From the NCBI RefSeq assembly GCF_036321535.1, contig NC_087447.1, positions 12,896,001-12,960,000 on the forward strand: DNA of 64,000 nt, written 5' to 3'. The position numbers were made by a program, and so were the translations under genes. The notes beneath the pieces were generated by a model that saw only the letters and a list, made by a program, of their open reading frames with translations, made no database searches and was not told the origin of the DNA. Positions 25,861-39,834 of the stretch are shown piece after piece (position 1 is the first letter of the stretch; the number at the start of each line of letters is the position of its first letter). The stretch comes from Camelus dromedarius. Taxonomy: Eukaryota.

Positions 25861-28800
25861 TTGTTGGGTTAATGTTCTGAACCCAATAGGATATTTAATA
25901 CATTTTCAAATGCTGGTACAAGCTTATGATTTTTCATCAGATTATTTTCTAAGTAATCACGTTCTATTAATACTCAAGTACATATTTCCAACTGGGTTTA
26001 AACTAACTTACCAAACTTATATAAAACTATGGAACTGTCTTCTAATCATTCTCTATTTCCATCAGGTTCTCAAAAATAGAACTTATCTGTAATGGAAACT
26101 TGGTTAAAGAAGAAAAGGATTAAGTATTTAGAGATAAAATCACAGCATCACATGGCTGGAGCCATACGAAGGATCTGTAATTGTCCATATATTTTTTCTC
26201 TATGCCTTCTTTTTCACCACTCACGATTTAAGAGATAGAGCTAGATCACCTATGTCTAGAATGTTTTAAAGTTAATATAGTTTTCCATTTTAATTTATTG
26301 ACTTGTTTCCTGGGGAGATATGTGAATCACATTTCAGGAACATACTTTTAATTGCAACTGTAAACACCATACCTTTTGTTTTCTTTATCTGCCCTTCCTA
26401 CCCATGTAAATTTATTAAATAATACGTGTGAATTTGTACAAACATAAGCTGTCAAGAAAACCGCTGTCTGGTTAGAATGCACCAATTACAATAGCCCTCC
26501 TTCCCCTCTCTTCTTTTCTTCTTGAAAATTCCCCATTCTTCTCTCACCTTATGTCGCCCAGACTCACACAGCCGCACAAAGCCACATGCACAGACATTCA
26601 GCTCCTGCAGAGTTGAATCAGTGCGTAGTTCCAAAGCAGATGGATCAATGTTTAATGGATGAATCTGACACATATTCTTCACAATAGACTCATGGATTTA
26701 CTGCTTACAGAAATCTTATCAATTGACAATAATAATCGATTAATATGTATCTTAATGTTAAAGCTAAGCATTAATGTGGAGGTAGATAGGGAGCTGGCTT
26801 AGTAGAACCCTGGAGGAAACTTGAGTGGGGACCAGGGCTTGCCAAGGAGACAGCGCACACTTAGTTTTTGGGAAGAACTGCCCCATGGTCCTTCCCTTGC
26901 ACTTGCTGCTCAAGTTGCACATGAAAGAAGCTGTGATGTTTGGGTCATCTGTGCTGTTGCAAAGCAGAGCTTCCTTATGACCTGTCACAAGAAGTCATCT
27001 AGCCCTATCATCCATTACCCTCAGTGTTCCATGTAGTTGACCCTGGGCAGAGGAATGGTCATGAAGTCATCCGTGTTACCTGTGTGCCCCTGGGCCATGC
27101 TCTCAGCCCACAGGTCCAGTTGGCTATCTGGCCCTGGAGACCCTGCGGCAGACTGATCAGGCTGTTCTCAGAGATGATTTACCTGCCTTCCCCCCCACCA
27201 GCAAGCGGGCTGCTCGTTGGCTGGACTCTTTCTGCTTTCCCTGTCCTGGGTATTTAGTGGAATCAAGTACAAAACCAAGATATTTCAGTAGTAAGTACTA
27301 ATATTCTATTCCTTCCATTGTGTGCTTTAACTTCTAGTAACACTTAGGAACAGAAACAATGTTTGGGAGATTAAATCCAATTATTCTGAGATTCGGGTTT
27401 TAGACAACCATTTTTTGAGCCCTGTTATCTGATCTCTAATTCTACTCTCGTACGTTTAATTACTCACATTTACAAAGCCTACAAATATTTCCAACTTTGT
27501 GAACTATATCACTTAATGAACTTGGTTAATTTCAATCCATTGTATATGTACTTATGTAATAGAGATTATTTAACCTATAATTGCTTATAAATGTATTTTT
27601 AAATAATCATATTTCCTTGCTTATTTTTCAAAGTGTTTATGTAAAAACATGTTCAAAATATTCTTTATTTCCTTTAAATCAAAAAATTTAAGTTGCAAAA
27701 GCATTGAGATTTCTAGTTGTTGTACTGACTTTGATTTTATCATTCTCTTCTTTCTTTAGAATCTGACAGTATTTATTACACCCTTCCTTATGAATGTCAT
27801 GTTCCTTTTGCCTCTTTGCTACCTGAATTGCTTTCTTTTTTCCTAATGTTCCTAGTCTTTTATTTCAGCTAAATGTTTAATGTTACCACCTTCCACAAAT
27901 ATACAGTTATCAGTCAACGCTTTGCCTAGTCAAGGTTTTTTGAACAGTTTATTTATTAAAACTAATTAAGGAAGTTTGAAATACCTGCCTTTATGCTCTG
28001 TTTTTGTCAATATCCATCAGCGATTTGGTGAGATCAGAGACTGACTTACAAAATCTGTGCATGTCAAAAAGTTGGAAAAGTAGCAAACAAGTTGGAAGAA
28101 TGAAAGAGTCAATATTCAAGAATCACAAGGATCCAAATCAACTACGAAAAATGGTATATTACTAATATATAGAGCTCTGCATTTAGGTCTAATGAGGAAA
28201 CAGTTTTATGTTAATGTATAAACATCTTTATTTAGTTAGTTAAATAGAAACTAACATGCACAAAAATAATTCTGTCTATTAAAGTGGGAAGTTTTACATT
28301 TTGTAAACAAAGTTAGGTAAAAGGTAGCTGTGAGATTAAGTGAGCAATAATACCATTTTACTTCACACTGCTCAAATAAATCAAACATAGTGTATTAACT
28401 CATAATTATGTCTCAGTGGACAGAGCTAAACAATATTATGTCAAGAAAGTAAAACCCAAACAGTCAGGTGTATGGGAAAAACTCAAATATAAAGTAGTTG
28501 ATTAAAGAATACACAATCTGTAGAAAAGGAACATACAGAGAACAAAATATATAGATTTATTGAAACACATAGGTTTATAGAAATAATTTCAAGATAGTTT
28601 TATAGAAAATGTATGAAATGTATCTCATAGAATGTATGGCTTCAGAAAGCAAAAATGTGGTCATTTGCTGCTAAACTTATATATAATTTACTGCTTTGGC
28701 TGAGAAATTGATATGAACTATCTTTTAGGATCCCTTTAAGTTCTGTGATTTTTCATCCTACTGTGAAAACTTTGCATATACCTATGTTTCATCCTTAAAT

Positions 28801-30104
28801 CTCAGAATGGTCTTTGGAATGTTTCAGTCACTTAATAAAAATTATTACCCCTACATGTGTTACTAAAGAGGGAGGTGATGAACCTTGGCCACAGAATTCC
28901 AAGGTTTTGCAACAGGAGGTCACACTGTTGAAGATCTACATCAAACTCCAACTTTCAGAATTCGGTTCCAAGTCCTCAACCTCTTGAAATTGCATGATCA
29001 TTTTAACCTTGTGCTGTAAAACAAATAAACTTATAAAATATAATTCATGAGCCATGTTTGTGTTGAGTGTGTGTCTGATTCATTAACACACTAGTAAGAG
29101 AAAACAGCATGATGAAAAGAACATACATGCTTGGAGAGAGTACGGAAGCACAAAGTTTACTAAGCTGCAAAACAGAATAAGCATCACTGAAAACATGTGC
29201 AGTACAAGCTGAGGTTTTATTTTACATGTCATAGACTATGGTGCCCAAATCACATGTTACAGAGGAGGGCTTGGTGAGAGTTAGTCAAAAGGAAGAAACA
29301 AAACATTTAAAGAGCAAATGCTGAAGACATTTCTATGGCTGTGAGTAGTGACATAACTTTATCCTCCAATCGTAGAGCCCAACAGACAACTAACTTAGGC
29401 TCATAGAACAGTGCTACCAGAGTCAGAAGCAGAGTGACAAGAAGCAAGTTTTAATTTTAAATTGGTCCATTGCCAGTGATTTTTTCCCCAAAGTAAAACT
29501 ACTACTGTGTTGTTTTCCTATTTCTTAATTTTAACCTTTTCCTTGAAAAATGCATACTTATTACATTTTCCCCAATGAGAAGGCCAATAACTTCAAATGA
29601 AACTCATATGAAGTAACTATTTACTGTTGTTCTGTTCAAAGAAGCATGGTAAATTTGATGTGAGGAATAAAATCAAACATGGGATTTTAAAGACACTGGC
29701 CTGCAGGAGAGAGCCTTATTACTAATGTGTGAGTCACTGAGATCAGATTTTGTACCACAGATTGTTTCCTGCACACATCTCTCAGACATCTTGGGGTCTG
29801 TCCCTTCTCAATTTCACTTTCTTTTATTTAAAGTGTAGTTCGTGATTCCCTTCTCTTCATCTTCTTTGTCAATGACAGCATTGCCCCTGTCAGGGATCTT
29901 TATGGGCTGACTAAACCCACCCCTTGTTGGATGCAGATTGAGTTTTGACATTGCACAGATGGATCTGCAAAGAGAGAAACAGCCCACCACCAGCAAGGGT
30001 GTGCTGCATGACGCTGCTTATTTTGAGAGCTGTAACTTACAAGCTGTGCAGTAATTTACATCCAACTACATTGGGCTTAATTCTGCATTAAGCAATGTAA
30101 AACA

Positions 30105-31298
30105 CCATTACAGCTAAGAAATTTCAAGCAAGAAGAGCAAATCTGGAGGCATCACACTTCTTGATTTTGATCTATATTGCAAAGCTGCAATGATTGATAC
30201 AGTATGGTACTCACATACACATCAGCATATAGACAAATGGAACTGATTCGAGAGCCCAGAAATAAACATACACACATGCCATCAACTAATATTTGACAAG
30301 GGAGCCAAGAACACTCAATGGGGAAAGGACAGCTTTTTAATAAATAGGACTGGGAAAATTGTATATCCACATACAAAAGAATGAAATCAGACACCGATCT
30401 TACAGCATACACAAAAATCAACTTAAATTAATTAAGTACACTGCCTGAAACCATTAAACACTTAGAAGTAATTATAAGGGGAGAATTTCTTGGCACTGGT
30501 CTTGGCAATGATTTATTGGATCTGAACCAAAAATACAAGCAAAAAAGCACAAGTAAACAACTGCAACTGCATCAAAGTAAAAATCTTCTGCACAACAAAG
30601 GAAAAAATCAAAAAAATTAAAAGGCTACCTATAAATGGGAAATATATATTCTCAAACCATAAATCCTATAAGTAGCTAATATCCAAAGTATGTCATAAAA
30701 CTCAATAGCAAAAAAATAAATTAAAAAAGATTAAAATTTGGCAAGACTTGAATAGACATTTTTTCCAAAGAAAGCAAACTAAGTGTCCATCAACATATGA
30801 ATGGATAAAAATAAATGGTAAAATATACACACATATATATAATGGAATATTATTCAGCTATAAAAGACAATGAAATTTTGCCATTTGCAATGACATAGAT
30901 GGACCTGGGGCAGATATTATACTTAATGAAATAAATCAGCCAGAGAAAGAGAAACGTTATGTGTTTTGTTTTACATCTGAAATCTAAAAATTCAAACAAA
31001 TGAACAAATACAACAAAACAGAAATAGACTCAGAGATACAGAGAACAAATGAGTGGTTACAAGATGGGGAAAGGGGTGTGGAGTGGGGCAAGCTAGGGGT
31101 ATGGGATTAAGAGGATCAAACTAATAGTTACAAAATTTCAAAAGTGACAAAGATGTAATGTACAGCACTGGGAATGTAGTCAATATTTTATAAAAACTTT
31201 GTATGGAGTGTAATCTATAAAAGTATCAAATTATTATGTTGTATACATAAAATTAATATAAAATTATAAATCTACTATATTTAAAATTAACAAAAAAG
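30105..31298 (+). mobile_element. L1 3' fragment, present in unit A but not seen in unit B
   Basis: ctggaggcatcacacttcttgatttt...gacaagggagccaagaacactcaatgg...ggaatattattcagctataaaa is L1 ORF2 and 3' UTR with internal deletions. The duplication offset drops by about 1 kb across it. Confidence 0.9.
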
Positions 31299-33049
31299 AA
31301 TATATTTGGGCACAATCTCTACTGAAATCCTGTGACCACAACCACATGCTAGCTGGTCTCCCTACTTTCAAGCTCTCTGCCTTGCATTTAAGTGTATCGT
31401 GTTCTTATTTCATACCATCTTTCAGACATTTTATTCATTATCAGCAGTAGAAGATAACGCAGTAGATAAGGCTACTGATTTGGAAAGATTCAATGACACA
31501 GGTGTAATCTCCTGAGTCCCTAAAAAGCCCCAAAGTGTTCTACATAGATGGCGCCATGCTTGGAGCCGAATATGCATCAGTAAATAAGACAAACGCACTA
31601 GAGTCAAGTAATTTATGACGAGAGAGAAAGTCAGATTACGGAATATATTGTAAAACATGACATAATGAAAGTCAAGCTAGAAGTTAAATACAAGAGCGTT
31701 ATAGCAAAAAAAAAAAAAAAAAAAGCCACATTGACTTTGCTGGCAGGATAATGGGTTATGGGCTCCTTCTCATAGAATGTGACTTACCAGCCCCAGCTAA
31801 GAGGTGAACAGGTGCTTGGCAGTCACGCATTGTGACCGATTCATAGGATACAAAGTTTTCTGTGCTCCCTGAAGAGCACGTCACAGCACTTGATGTGGCC
31901 AGATTTACTGAATATTTCAGTAAATAAATTGAGAAAGACTGAATGCATTAATTAATTACATAGCTCACCAAAGATTCATAGCAACAATAAAAATTTGCAC
32001 TATATTCTCTAATTAGCTTTAACGCCCGGATGTCACTTTTCCATCCTGACCTACTTGATATAGAAAACTTCAAACTTAGTGTACTGTCTCGTCTTGTTCA
32101 AATTCATTTTCTTCTTATGTATGTACCTATAACTAAAGGTAAATTCTAGACATGGTGTGAACAGAGGACTTTAACTCATAAACAAGCTAGAGGAAGCAGG
32201 AACACCAGACAGATAATTTTCAAGTTACATTCTTTGAGGTTAAAGATAGTATTTTAATCATTTCAAATGCAGTAGCCATTGTTGGCATATGTAGTTATGC
32301 ATCAACTTTAAGACTGTGAGTGTCGTGTGCAGCCCTTCCCAGTAAGGGAATTGCTCTGGTCTCCAGAGGTGGAGAGGATGGGGAGACTGGTGAAGAGGAG
32401 TGGCCAGGGGGCCAGCGCTCCTCAGACCATATTCCACAGAGGGAGAAACTTCAGTGCAGCACTAACCCAGCCAGGGACAGCCGTGGCTATTTTCTGAGTT
32501 CCCACTTGATAGACAGTTTGTTGAGTTTAAAAGTACAGCATGTCAGGGAGAGATGATGTCTCTACAATGAATATGGGGTATTTTCTACGTAAGGTGCACT
32601 GATTCATTTAAGTTAAGTATGGGTGTCAAGGAAAAATAAGAATGACTGAATATGTCACTTGAATAATTTAAACCAGACATTTACATTATAAAATATATTA
32701 TATATATTTTCTGTCAAAGAGCAGCACATAGTGATTTCTCCATAAAAGAAAAAGGTAAGCAGTTATAATTTTACCCCAGTTATTTTATTATAGTGTGTTA
32801 ACTCAAAAATCAAAAGACATAAAAATGACTTTCTTCTAATATGATTCTTTTATGAGATACATCTTCTGAACTTGAAATATACAAACTATAACTATAAGTA
32901 ATCAGTCATTCACTTTTATAACAGTAAATAAAATATTCAATGGGCATGAAATCAACTTGCTGTTGTGAAAAGTTTTATAATACTTGGTTTTATTTCTATT
33001 ATTCAGAACATTAAGTTCAAAATAATAATTCCAATTAAATGTTCTATGA

Positions 33050-33285
33050 AGCCCGCTGAGTTTTGATTAAGAACATGGACGCTGGCATTACACTGCTGAG
33101 TCTGAAGTCACCAAAGTCACATACTAGCTTCTTGACACTGGGCAGATTACTTAACCTCTCTATGCCTCTGGTTCTTTATGAAAATGTGAATAATAACAGT
33201 ACCTACTTCATTCGGAATGCAATGAATGTGATCATATGGGTAAAATCATTAACACAGGTAGCACATAATATGTTTAAACATTGTT
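33050..33285 (+). mobile_element. MIR SINE remnant
   Basis: gattaagaacatggacgctgg...ctgggcagattacttaacctctctatgcctc...aataataacagtacctacttca matches MIR. Confidence 0.8.
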
Positions 33286-33878
33286 AACAATAAAAAAGCA
33301 GTTTCAAATAATCAGAACTCTTTTATTCTCCGTAGCTACGCTAGTTTCTGCTAAAAAAGAGAAATTGCAAAAGGAGGAACTTAAGTTCTCATGTTGGAAC
33401 CGCGAAAGTCCCATTACTTGTTAATGGTGGAAGTAGAGCAACCAGAAACGAAAATAATCTGAAAAGGTCATCTCCGGGGAAGCTGTCAGACATTAAACAG
33501 GCTTTCGTTTCACTTGCATTTCTATCATAGAGTCTATTTGTCTTATGTGTTCAAAGTACAACTATAAGAGACTGGCACAGATGAGACAGAAAAAAAAGAA
33601 AATTGAAAACTAAAAGCCCAGTAACTTAAAGCGTTTCCCCCCTAGATTTTGCTGCTGGTTGAGACCCACCAGCATAAAGAGGTCTCCTAAATTTAACTCA
33701 GCATTCTGACCAAATGCTACCCTCTACGTTCTTCCCTCTCCTAGATTAAGAAAAGGCTACTTCAGAACAGGATAAAAGACAGCAAAGTTCCAAAAGAGAA
33801 AAAAAAAAGATATCTGTTAAAACACTATCAGTAGGATAATGATCATAATGAGAACGCCTTATAGAGCTACAAGATCTG

Positions 33879-34364
33879 TTTTTTTTTTCTTTTTTAAATT
33901 TATTTTTTAAATTGAAGTATAGTCAGTTTACAATGTTGTGTCAATTTCTGGAATACAGCATAATGTTTCACTCATACATATACATACATATATTTGTTTT
34001 CATATTCTTTGTCATTATAGGTTACTGCAAGATACTGAATATAGTTCCTTGTGCTATATAGAAGAAACTTCTTGTTTATCTATTTTATATGTAGTAGCTA
34101 GTATCTGCAAATCTCAGACCCCAATTCATCTCTTCCCACCCCCTTTCCCCACCACCGTAACCATTTTCTATGTCTGTGAGTCTGTTTCTTTTCTGTAAAT
34201 AAGTTCATGAGTGTCTTTTTTTTTTTTTTTGATTCCACATATGAGTGATTTCATATGGCAATTTTCTTTCTCTTTCTGGTTTTCTTCACTTAGAATGACA
34301 ATCTCCAGGTCCATCCATGACGCTGTAAATGGCGAGATTTTACTCTTACTTTATGGCTCAGTAG
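33879..34364 (-). mobile_element. Relatively young L1 3' end, antisense
   Basis: Poly-T is followed by aattgaagtatagtcagtttacaatgttgtg...ttcacttagaatgacaatctccaggtccatccat. Confidence 0.9.
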
Positions 34365-36947
34365 TGCTGACTGGATAAAGAAGTTGGGGTGTATTTATAC
34401 AACCACCTATTTTAAATCAAGCAGTTAACATAGATGGTGCTACTTCTCAAAACAGCTCCCTGCGTTACATCTTGTTACTGCATATATTTTCAAATAAGCA
34501 AAATTAAGCTCTGATAATTTAAATAAGGACATATCTAGTTTTCATTTTAAGTCACTCAGTGTCAAGATTTTTGGTCAGTGAGTACTTGAATCAAGTTAAA
34601 TGGAACATAATTGTTGAGATTAGTGGAAAATCTACCTTGATGAAGTGACCTGTCAGGAAATACTCATAAGCCATGCCCCCATGTAAGCACCTGGCTAGTC
34701 TTTGGTATATAAAACTGAGTAAGTATATGAGGGTATTTTTTTTTCCTAGAAAACGTTGTATTATCTTTTCTAAAAAGAAGTAAAAATAACAGAGTAATTC
34801 TGTGGTACCCTTAGATTAATTACCACTTCCTTGAGTAATTATCTGCCACTCCGATAGCACTTTATGGTTCTCTCTGCATAGACGCTGCACATTCTAGGCT
34901 ACGACCTGACTCACCTGTCTGAAGTCATCACCCGTCACCACTTATCTCTGAGCTCTGTAATCATGGAAACCGACTCATTTATTTATCATTAATGTCCATA
35001 GTATTTAGTACACTTTTTATTTAACACACATGTAGTATTTATCCATCATAAACTACAAAATATATGATAGAATATACATTGATTTACTGCCTGATATGTG
35101 CATTCAAACTTCTGTCACTGAACATTGAATTCCCCTTTTCTCCAGTTGGTTTTCATAAGATGTAAGTTCTGAAGAAAAATAAAGCATATACACATATATA
35201 GATATAGATATACACATAGCATCTTAAAATTGAGAAGATATAAAATGCAAAGGTAACTACCAAAATGTGAAAAGAAGAGGAAAAAAAAGAGAGAGAGAAG
35301 AGACCAAAATACACAAGGATCTCTAGAGATCACCAGAGAAGACTTAGAGGCGCACACCACGTCTGTGTTGGAGCCACGTATTATTTGAACCCAAACGTCT
35401 CAGGTCCTTGGTCCCTTCTCTTGACATTTCTGAGCTGCAAGCGGGGGTGGGTCAGGAGGGAGTTTTTGCCTTTAGCGTGTGCTGTGAAAATTTAGACAGT
35501 GAATTAAAGAGAATTCACTGAAAGAAGAAGGGAGGAGTTTGAGATCAGTGAGAGCTAGGAAACTTAAAGTAGAAATTAAGTGTTTCAGCTGTTTCGTTTT
35601 TGTGAGAAGGAAGGGGAACTGGGGGGGCTTCAAAGAAGAGAGGGGAGTTGTATTCTGCAGGACGTGAAGGATGTGGGAAATGAAGGACAAAGTAGGACAT
35701 TTATGACAATGTGGGTTTAGGAATACGTGGCAATCTGTTAAAAAGGTCATAGTTTACCGTTAATGGCTGGATGGAAATCACAGTAAGTGATGTCTAGGAA
35801 CCAGTATGGTGGAAGAAAGACTAAACTTGTTTGGTCCAAAAATGCTTAATTATTGAAGGAACTGATGTGATTAAGGCTACACTGCATTTAACACTGCGCT
35901 TTCGGATAGTTATTCACATACAGATGTTTAGAATATATATATCACACATTCACAATGTATTATATATGCCTAATATAACATATACTCAGAAATTCATGTT
36001 TAAAGGTAAAAAACCTATGGAAATGTAAGTCTTACATTTTATCTGGTGTCAGTTGTGTGAACTCTGAGATCACATTCTCTTACACACTTTTATTTCCCTT
36101 TTTCTTATTTAATTACCCCGTAAAGTCTGTAAACTCATTTAAATACTCCTAAAGTCCTAAAATGTGATAAATAAATGTATAGCTTCTTAAGATTATTGAG
36201 GGCCATGGTAGGGGTGAGAAATATTATGATAATTCTTATTCAAATTATTTCCTATTCGAAATTTCTAAATATATGACTTGCTTAGGTGTTTTATTTCTAA
36301 TGTAAATTTCTATATATGCTACATGGAACATTTTTCTATGATGGAGGCAGGGAAGCCCTTTTTATTTTTCTGATCGGTGTCTAAGTCTCTTCCACACAGT
36401 GAGTGGTCCAGGTTGTCCTGAGCTTGGCCTGGCAGCTGAATCTTACTGACCACCCTGCCCTTTGGTTCCCTGAGATGCAGCTTCCAGGGGAGACGTCAAA
36501 TCAAGGGTGAAAGGATCACATAGAGATGATAAATTAGAAGGTGCTAAGCAGAAAAAAATACAAATAAAAAGCAAATAGAGACTGAATTTATCAGGAATGA
36601 GAAACATTGAGAACGTCTTGTTACCCAGATTAGTTCTCATCCTCACAGTAAGCTACCTCCCGTGTTTTGCTCTTATTTTACTGTTGTTTGTTCTGCTGTG
36701 TTCATTTAAACATCCATCACCTTTAATATGAGCAGAATAAATAGAGCTTAAGATTACATTCTGCTTTTATGGTGTGGAATTTTAGAGAATTGGGTTTCAA
36801 ATATATTACCAAAAATACAAAACAAATAAATGAAAAAAATGTGGATATCTATCTTATCTCAATGGATTGGAAATCATTGATTTATTATGTCCCATTTTGC
36901 TGCTGGGCGCAGCAAGTTGAAGTGACTTCTAAATCTTTTATGCATAG

Positions 36948-37904
36948 ATGGGATCCAGAGGACAAAGTCCCCCACAGCGGAACCACACGACACTGGTGGA
37001 GTTCACCCTGCTGGGCTTCTCTGATGTTCCCGACCTCCAAGGATTTCTTTTTGGGCTGTTTTTGATCATCTACCTGATTATTCTGATGGGAAATAGCCTC
37101 ATTATCGTCATAATCAAGATTGACCCTTCCCTTCAGACCCCCATGTATTTTTTCCTTGGGAACTTCTCCTCCTTGGAAATATGCTATGTATCAGTCATTG
37201 TCCCCAGATTATTAGTAGATCTCTGTAAGCAAAATAGAAGTATATCCTTCCTGGCCTGTGCTACCCAAATGTATTTCTTTCTGGTGTTTGGAGCCACGGA
37301 GTGCTTTATTCTGACTGCGATGGCTTATGACAGGTACGTTGCCATCTGCCACCCGTTACTCTACCCCTTGGTCATGAACAGCAGGCTGTGTGTGCGACTG
37401 GCAGCTGGCTGCTGGGTGAGCGGGATCCCTGTTCACGTAGGGTTTACCTCCCAGGTCTTCTCTCTGCCCTTCTGCGCGTCTAACCAGCTGAACCACTTCT
37501 TCTGTGACATACCTCCAGTGCTCAAGCTTGCCTGTGGGGACACGTTTACGACTGAGATGCTGGTTTATGTGGTTGCCATTCTAGTGGTCACTGTTCCGTT
37601 CATGCTGATTCTTGGATCTTACGTGAACATAATCTCCACCATCCTGAGGCTGCCTTCAGCAACTGGGCGAGCCAAGGCCTTTTCTACCTGTTCTTCCCAC
37701 CTCATGGTTGTGGCTTTATTCTTCGGTTCAGGCATCATTACGTACATGAGACCAAAGTCCAGTCATTCCATAGGAATGGACAAATTTCTCTCTCTCTTTT
37801 ACACCATCGTCACCCCAATGTTCAACCCCATAATATATTGTCTGAGAAACAAAGAAGTTATGGTGGCACTGAGAAAACTCCTACTGAAATGGTCTGTGCT
37901 ATGA
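36948..37904 (+). CDS. Olfactory receptor, family 10 (OR10AG/AK/AF group), 318 aa, intact
   Basis: Motifs include [50 protein letters not shown] and PMFNPIIYCLRNKEV. GFSD and ACATQMYFF are typical of OR10. A candidate splice acceptor (tcttttatgcatAG) lies directly before the ATG. Confidence 0.93.
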   Translation: MGSRGQSPPQRNHTTLVEFTLLGFSDVPDLQGFLFGLFLIIYLIILMGNSLIIVIIKIDPSLQTPMYFFLGNFSSLEICYVSVIVPRLLVDLCKQNRSISFLACATQMYFFLVFGATECFILTAMAYDRYVAICHPLLYPLVMNSRLCVRLAAGCWVSGIPVHVGFTSQVFSLPFCASNQLNHFFCDIPPVLKLACGDTFTTEMLVYVVAILVVTVPFMLILGSYVNIISTILRLPSATGRAKAFSTCSSHLMVVALFFGSGIITYMRPKSSHSIGMDKFLSLFYTIVTPMFNPIIYCLRNKEVMVALRKLLLKWSVL

Positions 37905-39344
37905 CTCAAAAACATAACTTCATACATTTTTTCTTCTTATTTATCAAAGACTCCACACACCAATTCCAGAGGCCATGTTTCAGCAACCCTATCACTCTTC
38001 TTCTCTGGAGTCTAAGTAAACACCGTAAGGAAAGCAACGTTTTGCTGATATTTTCAGTGCTTCACCTCAGTCCTCAAAAAACATCTACTGCATAGTAAAG
38101 TTTCAAAAATTATTTTTTAAATATATAACAACATGACTAAAACTGGATTTAGAGAGAGAAAAATGTTTATGTCAAAATAAAGGTAAAGACTTAAACCATA
38201 GTTTTCCCCTTATTTCTTGGGGGTGGTGGTTATTTAATAGATATGCTTTAACAATTGAACAGAAAGATTCATAAATTTCATAAAATCTATGTCTTGTTAT
38301 TGAAAAAGCACTTATCTTTTACACATCTTTATGTGTATAAATATGTAATATATAATATCTGACTTTATTGGTAAGAAAAAAATGAAATAAGATGAAAATA
38401 ATGCATGTATATGAAGTCCTATATAACGCAAGCACACAATTATTACCACTAATGGCATTAATGACAATAAGAGTTCATTTTTAATTAAACCCATCTAAAA
38501 AAATAAAGAAGGAAAACATGTAGTAGATGAAAACTTGGAAAGTATAACTGTATCCAAATGAGACAGATGAGAAATAGCCAAGCTTGTTCTAAAGAAACAG
38601 CATATGAATAATGAATCTGGGATATCAAAAGGAAATTAAGCAATATGTTCCTGAAGTAACTCCAGATTCAGGACATAGAGTGCAGCATTCCTGTCCAAAA
38701 AGAATTAATCAGTGAGTGTTGGATGGACACATAATATAATCACACATAACTAAGATCTGGAAGAACAGAGCCTAACATGATTCTCTGAATATATTTTCAA
38801 TGAAAAAATTCATTAAGAAGAGAAAAAGATTTCATGTGTTGCAAATTAATTTCCTAAAAGTATCAGCACTCCAACCCTGTTTCCTGTAAAAGTCTACAAC
38901 TTGATCCAAGAAGGAAATGTGAGTGAATAATAGAGAGCTCCTCACAGGTGTCTGTGTTGCTACTTCTTGTAGACCAGTAGGGAGCTCACTAGCAGTTACG
39001 TTATTTCTCCAAAATGTTAGTTCCAATGAAAAACATTACAATGCTTGTTTCCAGCTGCCATTTCTACATCAATGACAATGTTTCCTATTTATCCGATCAT
39101 GGATTCATTACTTGATATTTTATCAAGATAATGGTTATCAAGTAACAACAGAAGAAAATATTTTGTAGTTTGCTTAAATTCTAGCTTAACTTCTCTATAT
39201 TTTTTTTCTGAAAAGATAAACTGATTAAAATTATCTTGTGCCATAAATCAATTCACTTAGCACAAATTCAATCTTATATTAGTACTTACCTATGGTGCTC
39301 CAGTGGGCAAAAAGAATAACATATCAAAAATCCCTGGACAAAAT

Positions 39345-39345
39345 C

Positions 39346-39370
<25 letters not shown>
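39345..39370. repeat. (CA)n microsatellite
   Basis: Direct reading. Confidence 0.95.
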
Positions 39371-39376
<6 letters not shown>

Positions 39377-39834
39377 TGCACAAACACAATATTACATGAC
39401 AAAGAATGTTCAGATGATAAGTGTTGTTATTTTGGACAGAGATCATCAGGCTGTTAAAATACTTGATATAGGCTTCAACAAGCAGGGGGGGTCTGCATGG
39501 TTATACTTAAAGTGGACAGTAGGAAATATTTTAGACTTTTGTGATAATGTTACACAGGTACTTATAGACCAATGTGAATTATAATCTTTTAAAATTATAA
39601 CTGCTGTAAAACAATTCATAGTTGGCTGAGGCTCCATCAAAAAAAAAAAGAAAAAAGGAAAAAACACCTAGCAGGCAAACAAATGGGAAAAGCAATATGA
39701 ACAGTAGTCTGTATTTTGTATCCTCAAAAAGGTAAATAGTCCACGTAGGTGAGGTAATAGAGATAACGACAAAAATGAAGTAACTAAGTAATGACTGAGA
39801 AATACATTAGCCATGAATGTATAGACATGTGAAA

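Noticed and set aside
26765-27260. Possible OR pseudogene downstream of each OR5F
   Set aside because: An FCD string appears in one minus frame of the 57.7-kb copy, but I found no other OR motif (PMY, MAYDRY, KAFSTC, NP.IY) in the frames I translated.
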